NCBI GenBank assembly: GCA_021851715.1
Contig: JAJZCR010000011.1
Location: 2,418-66,417 of the forward strand
Reading direction: 5' to 3'
Length of the DNA stretch: 64,000 nucleotides
From: Planctomycetota bacterium
GTDB taxonomy: Bacteria; Planctomycetota; Phycisphaerae; WQYP01
Positions 1 through 8,908 of the stretch are shown here, piece by piece (within the stretch, counting starts at the first letter, position 1; each line of letters opens with the position of its first letter). The translations under genes were made by a program, and so were the position numbers. Below the pieces are notes generated by a model. It had not been told where the DNA came from, searched no databases, and saw only the letters and a program-made list of their open reading frames with translations.

Positions 1-2
1 GC

Positions 3-734
3 ACCTATCCCTGGCAGCCGCTGACCATGCTGCCCGCGGTAACCAAGGTGACAGAGTTAAAATCTCACACTCATCCCGACTGGGAAGAATCTCCGGCCGC
101 GGAACTCATCACTGCGGATCATCCTCCAGGCATCCCACTGCCCGAAACAACCGAAAGCCCCGCCATCCAACGTGGCATAGCAACCCACCGCCTCCTGCAA
201 TTGCTGGATTTCACCCAGCCCCTGGATGCCGCCGGAATCGGCCGGCAACTGCGAACCTTCGTCGACCGCCATCTTTTCCGGGAGGACGACGCCGCCCTGA
301 TAGATTCCGCCGCAGTGGCTTGGATATTTCAAACACCCATCGGCCAACAGATTCTCTCGATTGCCGCTACCCAGGGCCTTGCCGACGGCATTGGCGCAAA
401 GGGCATCTATCGCGAACTTCAATTCCTGTGGTCCATGGAACCCCATCTGCTCGCCACCGCCACCGAGAACTGTGCCGCAATCAGCTCGACTCCCGCCGAT
501 CGCGTGCTGGTCCGCGGCGTTATTGATCTATTGATGGCAACGCCGTCAACATTGCACATCGTCGATTATAAAACCGATACTCCCTCTCAAATACAAGCCC
601 GCATACCGATGTATACCCGCCAACTGCGTTACTACGCGCAGGCCGTCTCGACCATTCTTCGCCGCCGCGTCACCCATGCAACACTGGTATTTATCTTGGC
701 CCAAACCGTCACCCCCGTCACCCTGCCGTCATAA
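3..734 (+). CDS. addA: C-terminal RecB/AddA-type PD-(D/E)XK nuclease domain of an ATP-dependent helicase-nuclease (5' partial)
   Basis: The frame is open from the window edge (TYPWQPLTMLPA..VTELK). It has RGIATHRLLQ, YRELQF, VRGVIDLL, IVDYKTD and QLRYYA motifs typical of the AddA nuclease domain. Confidence 0.8.
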   Translation, partial: TYPWQPLTMLPAVTKVTELKSHTHPDWEESPAAELITADHPPGIPLPETTESPAIQRGIATHRLLQLLDFTQPLDAAGIGRQLRTFVDRHLFREDDAALIDSAAVAWIFQTPIGQQILSIAATQGLADGIGAKGIYRELQFLWSMEPHLLATATENCAAISSTPADRVLVRGVIDLLMATPSTLHIVDYKTDTPSQIQARIPMYTRQLRYYAQAVSTILRRRVTHATLVFILAQTVTPVTLPS

Positions 735-811
735 CCTGATGGCCGCCACCAGCACGCACCGGTCATTGCTTCACGGCGTAGCCTTGTTTACCTTTTTAAC
801 CGTTTGTCTGC

Positions 812-1648
812 TTACTTGTTATACGGTGAAGGCGCCGCCGCCCCAACTGGTGTAGCCATATCAAAGTTGATCGGCAGCAGCCCGAGTTTTTTGCGCGCCG
901 CATTGCACGCCGCCAGGACACCCGGCATCTGCCGCGCCGAAATATACCGCACCTTACCATCCGCAAAGGCAAGCGGCCCCGGCTTGACTGGCTCTTGATT
1001 ATTGACAAACAGCACAATCAACTGCGGCAACAGCGCTTTGCGGCTTGGACGATTGATATGCGTAAGTCCCGCCCCCGTGTAGCGGTAGTCACTGTTCTTT
1101 CGCACCAGCGTCGCCAATAGGGACGGCTTGAGGGTTTTGTAATCTTTCGGCAGGACCAAAGATTTCAACTCCAATGTCGGATCACTTAGCGTAGTCCCGT
1201 TGATGACGCCACTGAGCACCAACACCGACAGATCCGGCGGAAAGTCATGGTGATGGTGATTGGCCCATGCCCGGCATGCCGACAGAATTTGCTCCATCCG
1301 GGCATGCTGTTTCATTTCCAACCCTTTGTGCACGTTGATGGCGCTGACCGCAAAAAGAGATACCCCTCCCAGCATCGCCAACAGCCCCAGCCAACGCCCC
1401 ACCATCGGATGTTGATGCTCATTGATATGGTAAATCAGCGCCCCGGCACCGATACAAAGCGCCAACATCGCCAGCATCAGCACAACCACCGATGGTGGAT
1501 GGTTCGATGACGTTGGATACCGCCAAAGTATCACTCCCTCCACCAGCACACAAGTTGCGGCGATAACGGAAAGCCAGTTCACCGGCCTGCGCATGAGCGG
1601 CACACTGGTATCCGCCCGACCCTTGCTGGATGTCATCTGCTGATTCAT
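812..1648 (-). CDS. Membrane protein with about 3 N-terminal TM helices and a pseudopilin-like C-terminal domain (AFADG motif)
   Basis: Hydrophobic N-terminus, then ILSACRAWA..FPPDL and PLAFADGKV, resembling planctomycete H-X9-DG-type proteins. Confidence 0.55.
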   Translation of the reverse strand: MNQQMTSSKGRADTSVPLMRRPVNWLSVIAATCVLVEGVILWRYPTSSNHPPSVVVLMLAMLALCIGAGALIYHINEHQHPMVGRWLGLLAMLGGVSLFAVSAINVHKGLEMKQHARMEQILSACRAWANHHHHDFPPDLSVLVLSGVINGTTLSDPTLELKSLVLPKDYKTLKPSLLATLVRKNSDYRYTGAGLTHINRPSRKALLPQLIVLFVNNQEPVKPGPLAFADGKVRYISARQMPGVLAACNAARKKLGLLPINFDMATPVGAAAPSPYNK

Positions 1649-1829
1649 AGCTGCTATTATAAGCCAGGCACCAGCCCCATGAATAGCTTGCCATAAAACA
1701 ACGCGGCTGTCCCGCCATCATCTACAACATTAGCCAACTTGCCCACCCGCCGCTGCGCCCTGAAAGCTGACCGTTGGGTCCGCGCCACATCGTCACGGTC
1801 AAACCGCCGGCGCTTGCAGAATCCTTGCG

Positions 1830-2810
1830 ATGGGATACCTTGGCGAAAGTTGGATCAACCGGGACACGGTTGCGCGCATCAGGAGATTTCTCTTGTTATC
1901 CCCCCCGCCCATTGATGATGCTATCAGCACCCTGATCCGTCTGGCCATACGCGAGGATCTGGGAGGTTTGCCGGGTGAACCGCTGGCCATGGACCGCACC
2001 GTGCAAATGACGATACCGCAATCAGCTCGCACCTCGGCCGCCATTGTGGCCAAAGCGGATGGCATCATCTCCGGCCAGTTTCTACTTTTCGCCATTCTCC
2101 GCGAATATGATGCCACCGCGCAAGTTTACGTGCATACTCAAGACGGCCAGGCCGTCCTCGCGGGCACAACCCTGGCCACCCTTAGCGGTATCTCCGGCAG
2201 CCTGCTTTCCGCGGAACGGGTGCTGCTGAATTTCATCAGCCGGCTTTCCGGCGTAGCCACACTGACTCGCCAATACGTAGACATGGCGCGCCGATCCAGC
2301 ACCAGTCATATACCTGCCATCTGCGACACGCGTAAAACCACACCTGGATGGCGCGTACTGGAAAAATATGCGGTACGCTGCGGTGGTGGCGTGAATCATC
2401 GCATGGGTCTCTACGATGGCGTGATGCTCAAGGACAATCACATCGCCGCCCTGCACAACACCGGACCGGCCGGCGAAGCACTTGCGACTCTCACCAAGCG
2501 CATCCGTCAGGCCCTGCCGCCGACCACAACCCTGTGGCTGGAGGTGGATACACTCTCTCAACTCGCGCAAGCTTTACCCGATGGCGGTGCGGATATTATT
2601 TTGCTGGATAATATGCCGGTGATTGATCTGGCCCAGGCTGTAATCATGCGGAACGCCCTGGCTCAACCCGGCCATCCGCTGTTGGAAGCATCCGGCGGCA
2701 TCACGCTGGAAAATCTCCCGGCGGTGGCCGCCACCGGAGTGGACCGGGTAAGTATCGGGGCATTGACCCATCACGCCGTTGGACTGGATGTGTCGATGGA
2801 GTTTTTATAA
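1830..2810 (+). CDS. nadC: Nicotinate-nucleotide pyrophosphorylase (carboxylating); the true start may be slightly downstream
   Basis: AERVLLN, DTRKTTPG, NHRMGLYD, LKDNH, EVD, LLDNM and EASGGIT motifs. Confidence 0.95.
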   Translation: MGYLGESWINRDTVARIRRFLLLSPPPIDDAISTLIRLAIREDLGGLPGEPLAMDRTVQMTIPQSARTSAAIVAKADGIISGQFLLFAILREYDATAQVYVHTQDGQAVLAGTTLATLSGISGSLLSAERVLLNFISRLSGVATLTRQYVDMARRSSTSHIPAICDTRKTTPGWRVLEKYAVRCGGGVNHRMGLYDGVMLKDNHIAALHNTGPAGEALATLTKRIRQALPPTTTLWLEVDTLSQLAQALPDGGADIILLDNMPVIDLAQAVIMRNALAQPGHPLLEASGGITLENLPAVAATGVDRVSIGALTHHAVGLDVSMEFL

Positions 2811-3839
2811 ATGATCGATCACTTTGACCGCGGCGCTATTGCCCGTGTCGCCCGGACCATCCTGGCCAAACTGGTCCAGCACCAGCCGCAATCCATCAGC
2901 CGCCTGGCCCATGAGTACCAATGCCCGCCGCGATTGATTCGCGCCGCGATCGCGGCTTTGCAGGATTCCGGCTGCATACTGGAGCATCAATCAGACCGCG
3001 TGCTGCTGCGGCAAAGCCATTGGTCGTGGTGGCGTGGCGTGCTGGAAGACATCAGCAGCCAGCGCGGCGCAATGATTGGCCGCCATGTGCTCACATACGA
3101 ATCTATCAGCAGTACCAATGATGTTTGTCGGCAGGTGGCCGGCCAGGCCGGCCGGCCGGAAGGCGAAACGCTGGTGGTATTGGCGGATCAGCAATCAGCC
3201 GGCCGTGGTCGCCAGGGTCGTCGGTGGGAAGCCCGCAGAGGTCAATCCCTGCTCTTGTCGGTGTTGTTTCCAGCGGACCCGCATCTGAACGCTCAAACTG
3301 TCACTCTCTGCGCAGCAATTGCATGCGCCAAAGCCATTGAACGCCTGGCACACCATCCCGTCCATCTGAAATGGCCCAACGATGTGATGGTCGCCGGACG
3401 AAAAATCGCGGGCATCCTGGTGGAAACCATTCCCGCCCGACATCCCAGGAAGTCCGGCGTGCGAGCCCATCCGGTGGTTATTCTCGGGATTGGGATTAAC
3501 GTGGCCCAGGCCGCGGAAGATTTTCCATCGGAACTTCAGAACAAGGCCGGCTCTCTCTACATGGCCTGGGGCCAAAAGGTGGATCGTTTAGCATTGGCGG
3601 TGGAACTGCTTGACCAGATCGAACATTGCTGCATGCCCGGGCTTTCGCCTGAACAAATTGCCGTTGAATGGAAAAGTCGTTGCCATCTGGTGAACCGCAT
3701 GGTGCGCCTGATCCATCATGGAGTGGAGCTTCAGGGCCGCGTGACCGACTTGGACCCCAGTCTAGGCTTGGTGATCACTGATGCCCACGGGCGCACCCAC
3801 TTTGCCGATGCCGGCGCAACGAGCCTGTTCGAAAGCTAA
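2811..3839 (+). CDS. birA: Biotin-[acetyl-CoA-carboxylase] ligase with an N-terminal HTH-like region
   Basis: STND, QSAGRGRQGRRW, KWPND, KIAGIL and GIGIN motifs; directly abuts the nadC stop. Confidence 0.93.
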   Translation: MIDHFDRGAIARVARTILAKLVQHQPQSISRLAHEYQCPPRLIRAAIAALQDSGCILEHQSDRVLLRQSHWSWWRGVLEDISSQRGAMIGRHVLTYESISSTNDVCRQVAGQAGRPEGETLVVLADQQSAGRGRQGRRWEARRGQSLLLSVLFPADPHLNAQTVTLCAAIACAKAIERLAHHPVHLKWPNDVMVAGRKIAGILVETIPARHPRKSGVRAHPVVILGIGINVAQAAEDFPSELQNKAGSLYMAWGQKVDRLALAVELLDQIEHCCMPGLSPEQIAVEWKSRCHLVNRMVRLIHHGVELQGRVTDLDPSLGLVITDAHGRTHFADAGATSLFES

Positions 3840-3965
3840 GTCTTATCGACTGGCGCTTGCGATGGCAATACGTGCTGGTTCGCCCCCGTGCTCCCGTTCG
3901 AAATTGTCACCGTGACCTCTCTACGTCAAGTCCGAGTCCAGCAGGTCGTGCTTGCAAAGCAAATC

Positions 3966-4030
3966 TTGATGATTTCTTGATGCCAAGCAGGCCTGATTTG
4001 ATGCGGCCTTGATGCCGGCAGCCGTAGAAT
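3966..4030 (+). promoter_or_regulatory. kdp promoter with four phased TTGATG direct repeats (putative KdpE/OmpR-family boxes) and -10 TAGAAT
   Basis: TTGATG starts at 3966, 3977, 3998 and 4009 (spacing 11/21/11). TAGAAT is at 4025-4030, upstream of the kdp operon. Confidence 0.6.
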
Positions 4031-4074
4031 CAATCTATGATGAAAAGTGTGTGCAGACCGTCAAGGAGTTGCCA

Positions 4075-4170
4075 ATGTTTTGGATTTATATATTTGTGAC
4101 TGCGGCTTTCTTTTTGAGTTGTTGGGGTCTGTTGGCCCTTTGCAGCTATTTAATGGAGGCCCGTAAATGA
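4075..4170 (+). CDS. 31-aa hydrophobic peptide preceding kdpF (accessory Kdp peptide-like)
   Basis: AAGGAG RBS at 4063-4068. It translates as MFWIYIFVTAAFFLSCWGLLALCSYLMEARK, and its stop overlaps the kdpF ATG (ATGA). It is not in the ORF track. Confidence 0.7.
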   Translation: MFWIYIFVTAAFFLSCWGLLALCSYLMEARK

Positions 4171-4259
4171 GCGTGCTTTATTGGATTGGCGGCATCATTT
4201 CCTTACTGCTTTTGATTTATCTGCTGGTGGCACTGCTTTTCCCGGAGAAATTTTCATGA
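4167..4259 (+). CDS. kdpF: K+-transporting ATPase subunit F
   Basis: [30 protein letters not shown] carries the YL..AL..PEKF signature; ATGA overlap with kdpA. Confidence 0.92.
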   Translation: MSVLYWIGGIISLLLLIYLLVALLFPEKFS

Positions 4260-6028
4260 CCCCCAACGCCTGGCTGCAAATTACCCTGCTCATGGGCACC
4301 GTGCTGCTGCTGGTAAGACCGGTCGGTGCATATATGGTCCACGTATATGAAAACCAGCCGGTACCCAGATTGGGTAAAATTCTGGGTCCGGTGGAGCGCG
4401 GTATCTACCGCGTGTGCGGCATATCCGCCCACCATCAACAGAATTGGAAACGCTACACCCTGGCCCTGCTGCTGTTTAACCTGCTGGGATTTATGGCGGT
4501 GTATCTCATTCAGCGGTGGCAGGGGTGGTTGCCACTGAACCCGGCCGAAATGCCCGCGGTAGCCCCCAGTTCTCTGGCCTTTAACACCGCGGCCAGTTTT
4601 GTCACCAATACCAACTGGCAGAACTATGCCGGTGAATCCACCATGAGCTACTTCACACAAATGGCGGCGTTGACGGTGCAGAATTTTCTTTCCGCGGCCA
4701 CCGGCCTGACGGTGCTGGTGGCGCTGGTGCGCGGGCTGGCCCGCAAAACCACCACTGAACTGGGCAGTTTCTGGGTGGATTTAACACGCAGCATGTTATA
4801 CATCCTGTTGCCGCTTTCGCTGGTGCTGGCCGTGGTTTTAGTCTCTCAGGGCGTACCGCAGACCCTGGATAAATATATCACTGTGCATCTGGTGCAACCG
4901 TTTCATCAGGCCAACTCCACCACCACAGCCCCGTCCGCAGCCATCACCACCCAAACTATTGCCGTCGGTCCGGTAGCTTCACAGGAAGCTATTAAAGAAC
5001 TGGGAACCAATGGCGGAGGTTTTTTTAACGCCAACTCCGCTCATCCCTTTGAAAATCCCACGGGATTGACCAATTTCCTGGAAGAGGTGGCTATCCTGTT
5101 GTTGCCGCTGGCATTTTGCTACACCTTCGGCCGCATGGTGGGAGACACCCGGCAAGGCTGGGCCGTGCTGACCGCCATGCTGGTGCTGCTGCTGGCCCTG
5201 ATGATACCGTGCGTGATGGCCGAGCAGGCCGGCAATCCGCTGCTGGCCGGATATTGCAACCAGCGGCCAACGCAACTGCAAACGGGTGGCAATATGGTGG
5301 GCAAGGAAGCGCGTTTCGGACCGGTCAACAGCGCCATTTTTGCCGGCGTGGCCACCGGCACTTCCACCGGCGCGGTAAATTCCATGCTGGATTCGTTTAC
5401 CCCACTGGGGGGCCTGTGCCCACTGTGGCTGATACAGCTTTCCGAAGTGGCTCCCGGCGGTGTTGGTTCGGGCTTGTACGGCATGTTGATGTTTGTCCTG
5501 ATTACGGTGTTCATCGCGGGCCTCATGATTGGTCGAACGCCGGAATATCTGGGCAAAAAAATAGAAGCATTTGAAATGAAAATGGCGTCCATCGCCATTC
5601 TGGTGCCACCGTCGCTGGTGCTGGTGGGCACCGCCATTGCCTGCGTAACCGCGGCCGGCCTTGCCGGTATAGCCAATCCCGGGGCCCACGGCTTTTCCGA
5701 AATGCTCTACGCCATGACCTCCCAGGGGAACAACAACGGCTCCGCTTTTGCCGGGCTTAATGGCAATACCACGTTTTACAACGTGCTGGGAGCCTTGCTG
5801 ATGCTCGCGGCGCGGTTCTGGACGATTATTCCGACCATGGCCATCGCGGGTTCTCTGGCCCGCAAGAAGATTATTCCGGCCGGATCGGGCACCCTTGCCA
5901 CGAATTCACCACTGTTTGTGTTCATTTTGATCGCCATCATTGTGATTGTAATCGCCCTGACTTTTTTCCCGGCCCTGACCCTTGGGCCTATTGTGGAACA
6001 GCTACAGATGATGGCGGGCCATCGGTAA
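4256..6028 (+). CDS. kdpA: K+-transporting ATPase subunit A
   Basis: [37 protein letters not shown] and NNGSAFAG motifs. The start is placed at the ATG overlapping the kdpF stop. Confidence 0.97.
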   Translation: MTPNAWLQITLLMGTVLLLVRPVGAYMVHVYENQPVPRLGKILGPVERGIYRVCGISAHHQQNWKRYTLALLLFNLLGFMAVYLIQRWQGWLPLNPAEMPAVAPSSLAFNTAASFVTNTNWQNYAGESTMSYFTQMAALTVQNFLSAATGLTVLVALVRGLARKTTTELGSFWVDLTRSMLYILLPLSLVLAVVLVSQGVPQTLDKYITVHLVQPFHQANSTTTAPSAAITTQTIAVGPVASQEAIKELGTNGGGFFNANSAHPFENPTGLTNFLEEVAILLLPLAFCYTFGRMVGDTRQGWAVLTAMLVLLLALMIPCVMAEQAGNPLLAGYCNQRPTQLQTGGNMVGKEARFGPVNSAIFAGVATGTSTGAVNSMLDSFTPLGGLCPLWLIQLSEVAPGGVGSGLYGMLMFVLITVFIAGLMIGRTPEYLGKKIEAFEMKMASIAILVPPSLVLVGTAIACVTAAGLAGIANPGAHGFSEMLYAMTSQGNNNGSAFAGLNGNTTFYNVLGALLMLAARFWTIIPTMAIAGSLARKKIIPAGSGTLATNSPLFVFILIAIIVIVIALTFFPALTLGPIVEQLQMMAGHR

Positions 6029-6057
6029 CGGTTGGCGATTTTAAGGAGCGTACAAAA

Positions 6058-8151
6058 ATGGCCACCCACCACTCTTTGAATTTGTTCAAAAGAGATGTTC
6101 TGCGGCAAGCGATAGCGGACTCGCTGGTGAAACTCGATCCGCGGCATCAAGCCCGCAATCCGGTGATGTTTGTCGTGTACCTTGGCAGTGTTCTCACCAC
6201 GGTTTTGTGGGGGCAGGCTATTTTAGGACATGGCGAAGCCCCAACATGGTTTATCTTCTGGGTGTCACTGTGGTTATGGTTTACCGTACTGTTTGCCAAT
6301 TTTGCCGAGGCCATGGCCGAAGGCCGCGGCAAAGCTCAGGCGGATACCCTGCGCCGTGCCCGTAAAGATACCACCGCCCGCAAGCTCTCGGCCCCGCAGC
6401 GGGACGCCGCACAAACCCCGGTGCCCGCGTCAGCCCTGCGCAAAACCGATCTTATTTTATGTGAAGCCAGCGAAATCATTCCCGCCGATGGCGAAGTGGT
6501 GGCCGGTGTCGCCTCCGTGGACGAATCCGCCATTACCGGGGAATCAGCCCCGGTAATCCGCGAAGGTGGGGGGGACCGGTCCAGCGTGACCGGTGGCACA
6601 CGCGTGCTTTCAGATTGGCTGGTCATTCGCGTGGCAGCCAACCCCGGTGAAGCCTTTCTGGATCGCATGATCGCGATGGTGGAAGGAGCCCGGCGACAGA
6701 AAACTCCCAACGAAATCGCTCTGAATATTCTGCTGGCGGGCTTTACCATCGTGTGCCTGCTGGCCACCGCCACGCTGCTGCCGTTCTCCATTTACTCCGC
6801 CCACAGTGCCAATAACGCCTTGGTCGCGGCCGGCCAGGTCGCCAGTGCGGCACCGGTATCCATCACCATGTTGGTAGCCCTGCTGGTATGCCTGATACCG
6901 ACCACGATTGGGGCATTGCTTTCGGCCATTGGCATCGCTGGTATGGACCGCATGATTCAGGCCAATGTCATTGCCACTTCGGGCCGGGCGGTGGAAGCCG
7001 CTGGCGATGTGGATGTGCTGCTCTTGGATAAAACCGGCACCATTACACTGGGCAACCGGCAGGCGGTGGCGTTTCATCCGGCGGGTGGCGTGGCGGAAAA
7101 GGATTTAGCGGATGCAGCCCAGTTGAGTTCCCTGGCGGATGAAACTCCTGAAGGCCGCTCGGTGGTGATTCTGGCGAAAAATAAATTCGGTATGCGCCAG
7201 CGTCAGGTGGATCATCTGGGTGCCACCTTCGTGCCTTTTGCCGCCCAGACACGCATGTCGGGGATAGACCTGCGGGACCGACACATCCGCAAAGGGGCTG
7301 ATGCGGCGATCGAGCAATACGTGCAATCGCTGGGCGGGCACTTTCCCGCCGAGATTCGCTCCACCGCGGATAACATTTCGCGCGGCGGAGGCACGCCATT
7401 GGTGGTGGCCGATGGTGCCAAAGCCTTGGGCGTGATTGAGCTTAAGGATATTGTGAAAGGCGGTATTCGGGAGCGCTTTGCAGAGCTGCGGTCCATGGGC
7501 ATAAAAACCGTGATGGTGACGGGCGACAATCCGTTGACCGCAGCAGCCATTGCCGCGGAAGCTGGGGTGGATGACTTTCTCGCCCAGGCCACACCCGAGA
7601 CCAAACTGAAGTTGATTCGCGAGTATCAGGCCGGAGGCCGACTGGTGGCCATGACCGGCGACGGCACCAATGATGCCCCGGCTCTGGCCCAGGCGGATGT
7701 GGCCGTCGCCATGAACAGCGGCACCCAGGCGGCCAAAGAAGCCGGAAACATGGTGGATCTGGATTCCAATCCTACCAAGCTCATTGAAGTGGTGGAAACC
7801 GGCAAGCAACTGCTGATGACCCGCGGGGCGTTAACCACTTTTTCCATTGCCAATGATGTTTCCAAATACTTTGCCATTCTGCCGGTGATGTTTGCTTCCA
7901 TCTACCCGCAATTGGGCCGGCTGAATATCATGGATTTAAACCCGCACACCGCTATTCTTTCGGCGGTGATTTTTAATGCTCTTATCATCATCGCCCTCAT
8001 CCCCATTGCCCTCAAAGGCGTGACCTACCGCCCCCGCCCCGCCAATACCCTGCTGTGGAATAACATTCTCATTTACGGTCTTGGCGGACTGATCGTGCCG
8101 TTTATCGGGATCAAGGCCATTGATATGATCCTGAATTCCGTGCGATTTTGA
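6058..8151 (+). CDS. kdpB: K+-transporting P-type ATPase subunit B
   Basis: TGES, DKTGT (phosphorylation site), KGA, TGDN and [10 protein letters not shown] motifs. Confidence 0.98.
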   Translation: MATHHSLNLFKRDVLRQAIADSLVKLDPRHQARNPVMFVVYLGSVLTTVLWGQAILGHGEAPTWFIFWVSLWLWFTVLFANFAEAMAEGRGKAQADTLRRARKDTTARKLSAPQRDAAQTPVPASALRKTDLILCEASEIIPADGEVVAGVASVDESAITGESAPVIREGGGDRSSVTGGTRVLSDWLVIRVAANPGEAFLDRMIAMVEGARRQKTPNEIALNILLAGFTIVCLLATATLLPFSIYSAHSANNALVAAGQVASAAPVSITMLVALLVCLIPTTIGALLSAIGIAGMDRMIQANVIATSGRAVEAAGDVDVLLLDKTGTITLGNRQAVAFHPAGGVAEKDLADAAQLSSLADETPEGRSVVILAKNKFGMRQRQVDHLGATFVPFAAQTRMSGIDLRDRHIRKGADAAIEQYVQSLGGHFPAEIRSTADNISRGGGTPLVVADGAKALGVIELKDIVKGGIRERFAELRSMGIKTVMVTGDNPLTAAAIAAEAGVDDFLAQATPETKLKLIREYQAGGRLVAMTGDGTNDAPALAQADVAVAMNSGTQAAKEAGNMVDLDSNPTKLIEVVETGKQLLMTRGALTTFSIANDVSKYFAILPVMFASIYPQLGRLNIMDLNPHTAILSAVIFNALIIIALIPIALKGVTYRPRPANTLLWNNILIYGLGGLIVPFIGIKAIDMILNSVRF

Positions 8152-8187
8152 TGTCGATCACCACATTGCTTGCCAAGGAGACCACCC

Positions 8188-8871
8188 ATGACTCAATGCC
8201 CGCCACAAGCCAACCTCACCGGTACAGAGCCTGCCGCGGCCACCCCCGTAACCGCTTGCCACCCCGAAGGATGGTTATCTATGCTGCGTTCCGCCGTTGT
8301 GTTATTTGCGATCATGACGGTTCTTGGCGGAATTATTTATCCGCTGGTGGTAACGGGCATCGCCACCCTGTTTTTTCCATGGCAGGCGCATGGTTCCCTG
8401 ATTAACCGCAGCGGCCAGCACGTGCTTTCTGGCCACCAGGCGGTGGGATCGGCCCTGATCGGCCAATACTTTAACAAGCCGTGGTATTTTTGGCCCCGGC
8501 CCAGCGCCACTTCTCCCATGCCCTACAATGCCGCCGCGTCCGGCGGATCCAATACCGGCCCGACCAACCCGGCATTAATTGCCAATGTGAAAGCCCGCAT
8601 CGCCGCGCTGCAGGCCGCCGATCCCGGCAGTAAACAGCCCGTACCGGTAGACCTAGTCACCAGTTCCGGCTCCGGCTTGGACCCGGAGGAATCGATTGCC
8701 GCTGCGTATTACCAGATTCCGCGCATCGCCAGGCTGAGGCATATTGCGCCGGCGAAGCTCAAAGCCATGGTGAACAACCACATCGTCGGACGGTCCCTGG
8801 GCGTACTGGGAGAACGAACCGTCAACGTACTGGAACTGAATTTGGCACTGAACCGAAAATACCCCTATTAA
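8188..8871 (+). CDS. kdpC: K+-transporting ATPase subunit C
   Basis: GSALIGQ, YFWPRPSA, SGSGLDP and VNVLELNLAL motifs; AAGGAG upstream of the ATG at 8188. Confidence 0.95.
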   Translation: MTQCPPQANLTGTEPAAATPVTACHPEGWLSMLRSAVVLFAIMTVLGGIIYPLVVTGIATLFFPWQAHGSLINRSGQHVLSGHQAVGSALIGQYFNKPWYFWPRPSATSPMPYNAAASGGSNTGPTNPALIANVKARIAALQAADPGSKQPVPVDLVTSSGSGLDPEESIAAAYYQIPRIARLRHIAPAKLKAMVNNHIVGRSLGVLGERTVNVLELNLALNRKYPY

Positions 8872-8908
8872 ATGCGCTGCGTTATGATGATATGCGGAAT
8901 GGTAAACC

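Noticed and set aside
4181-4255. ORF-track N-terminal extension of kdpA
   Set aside because: It overlaps kdpF in another frame; the coupled ATG at 4256 is the better start.
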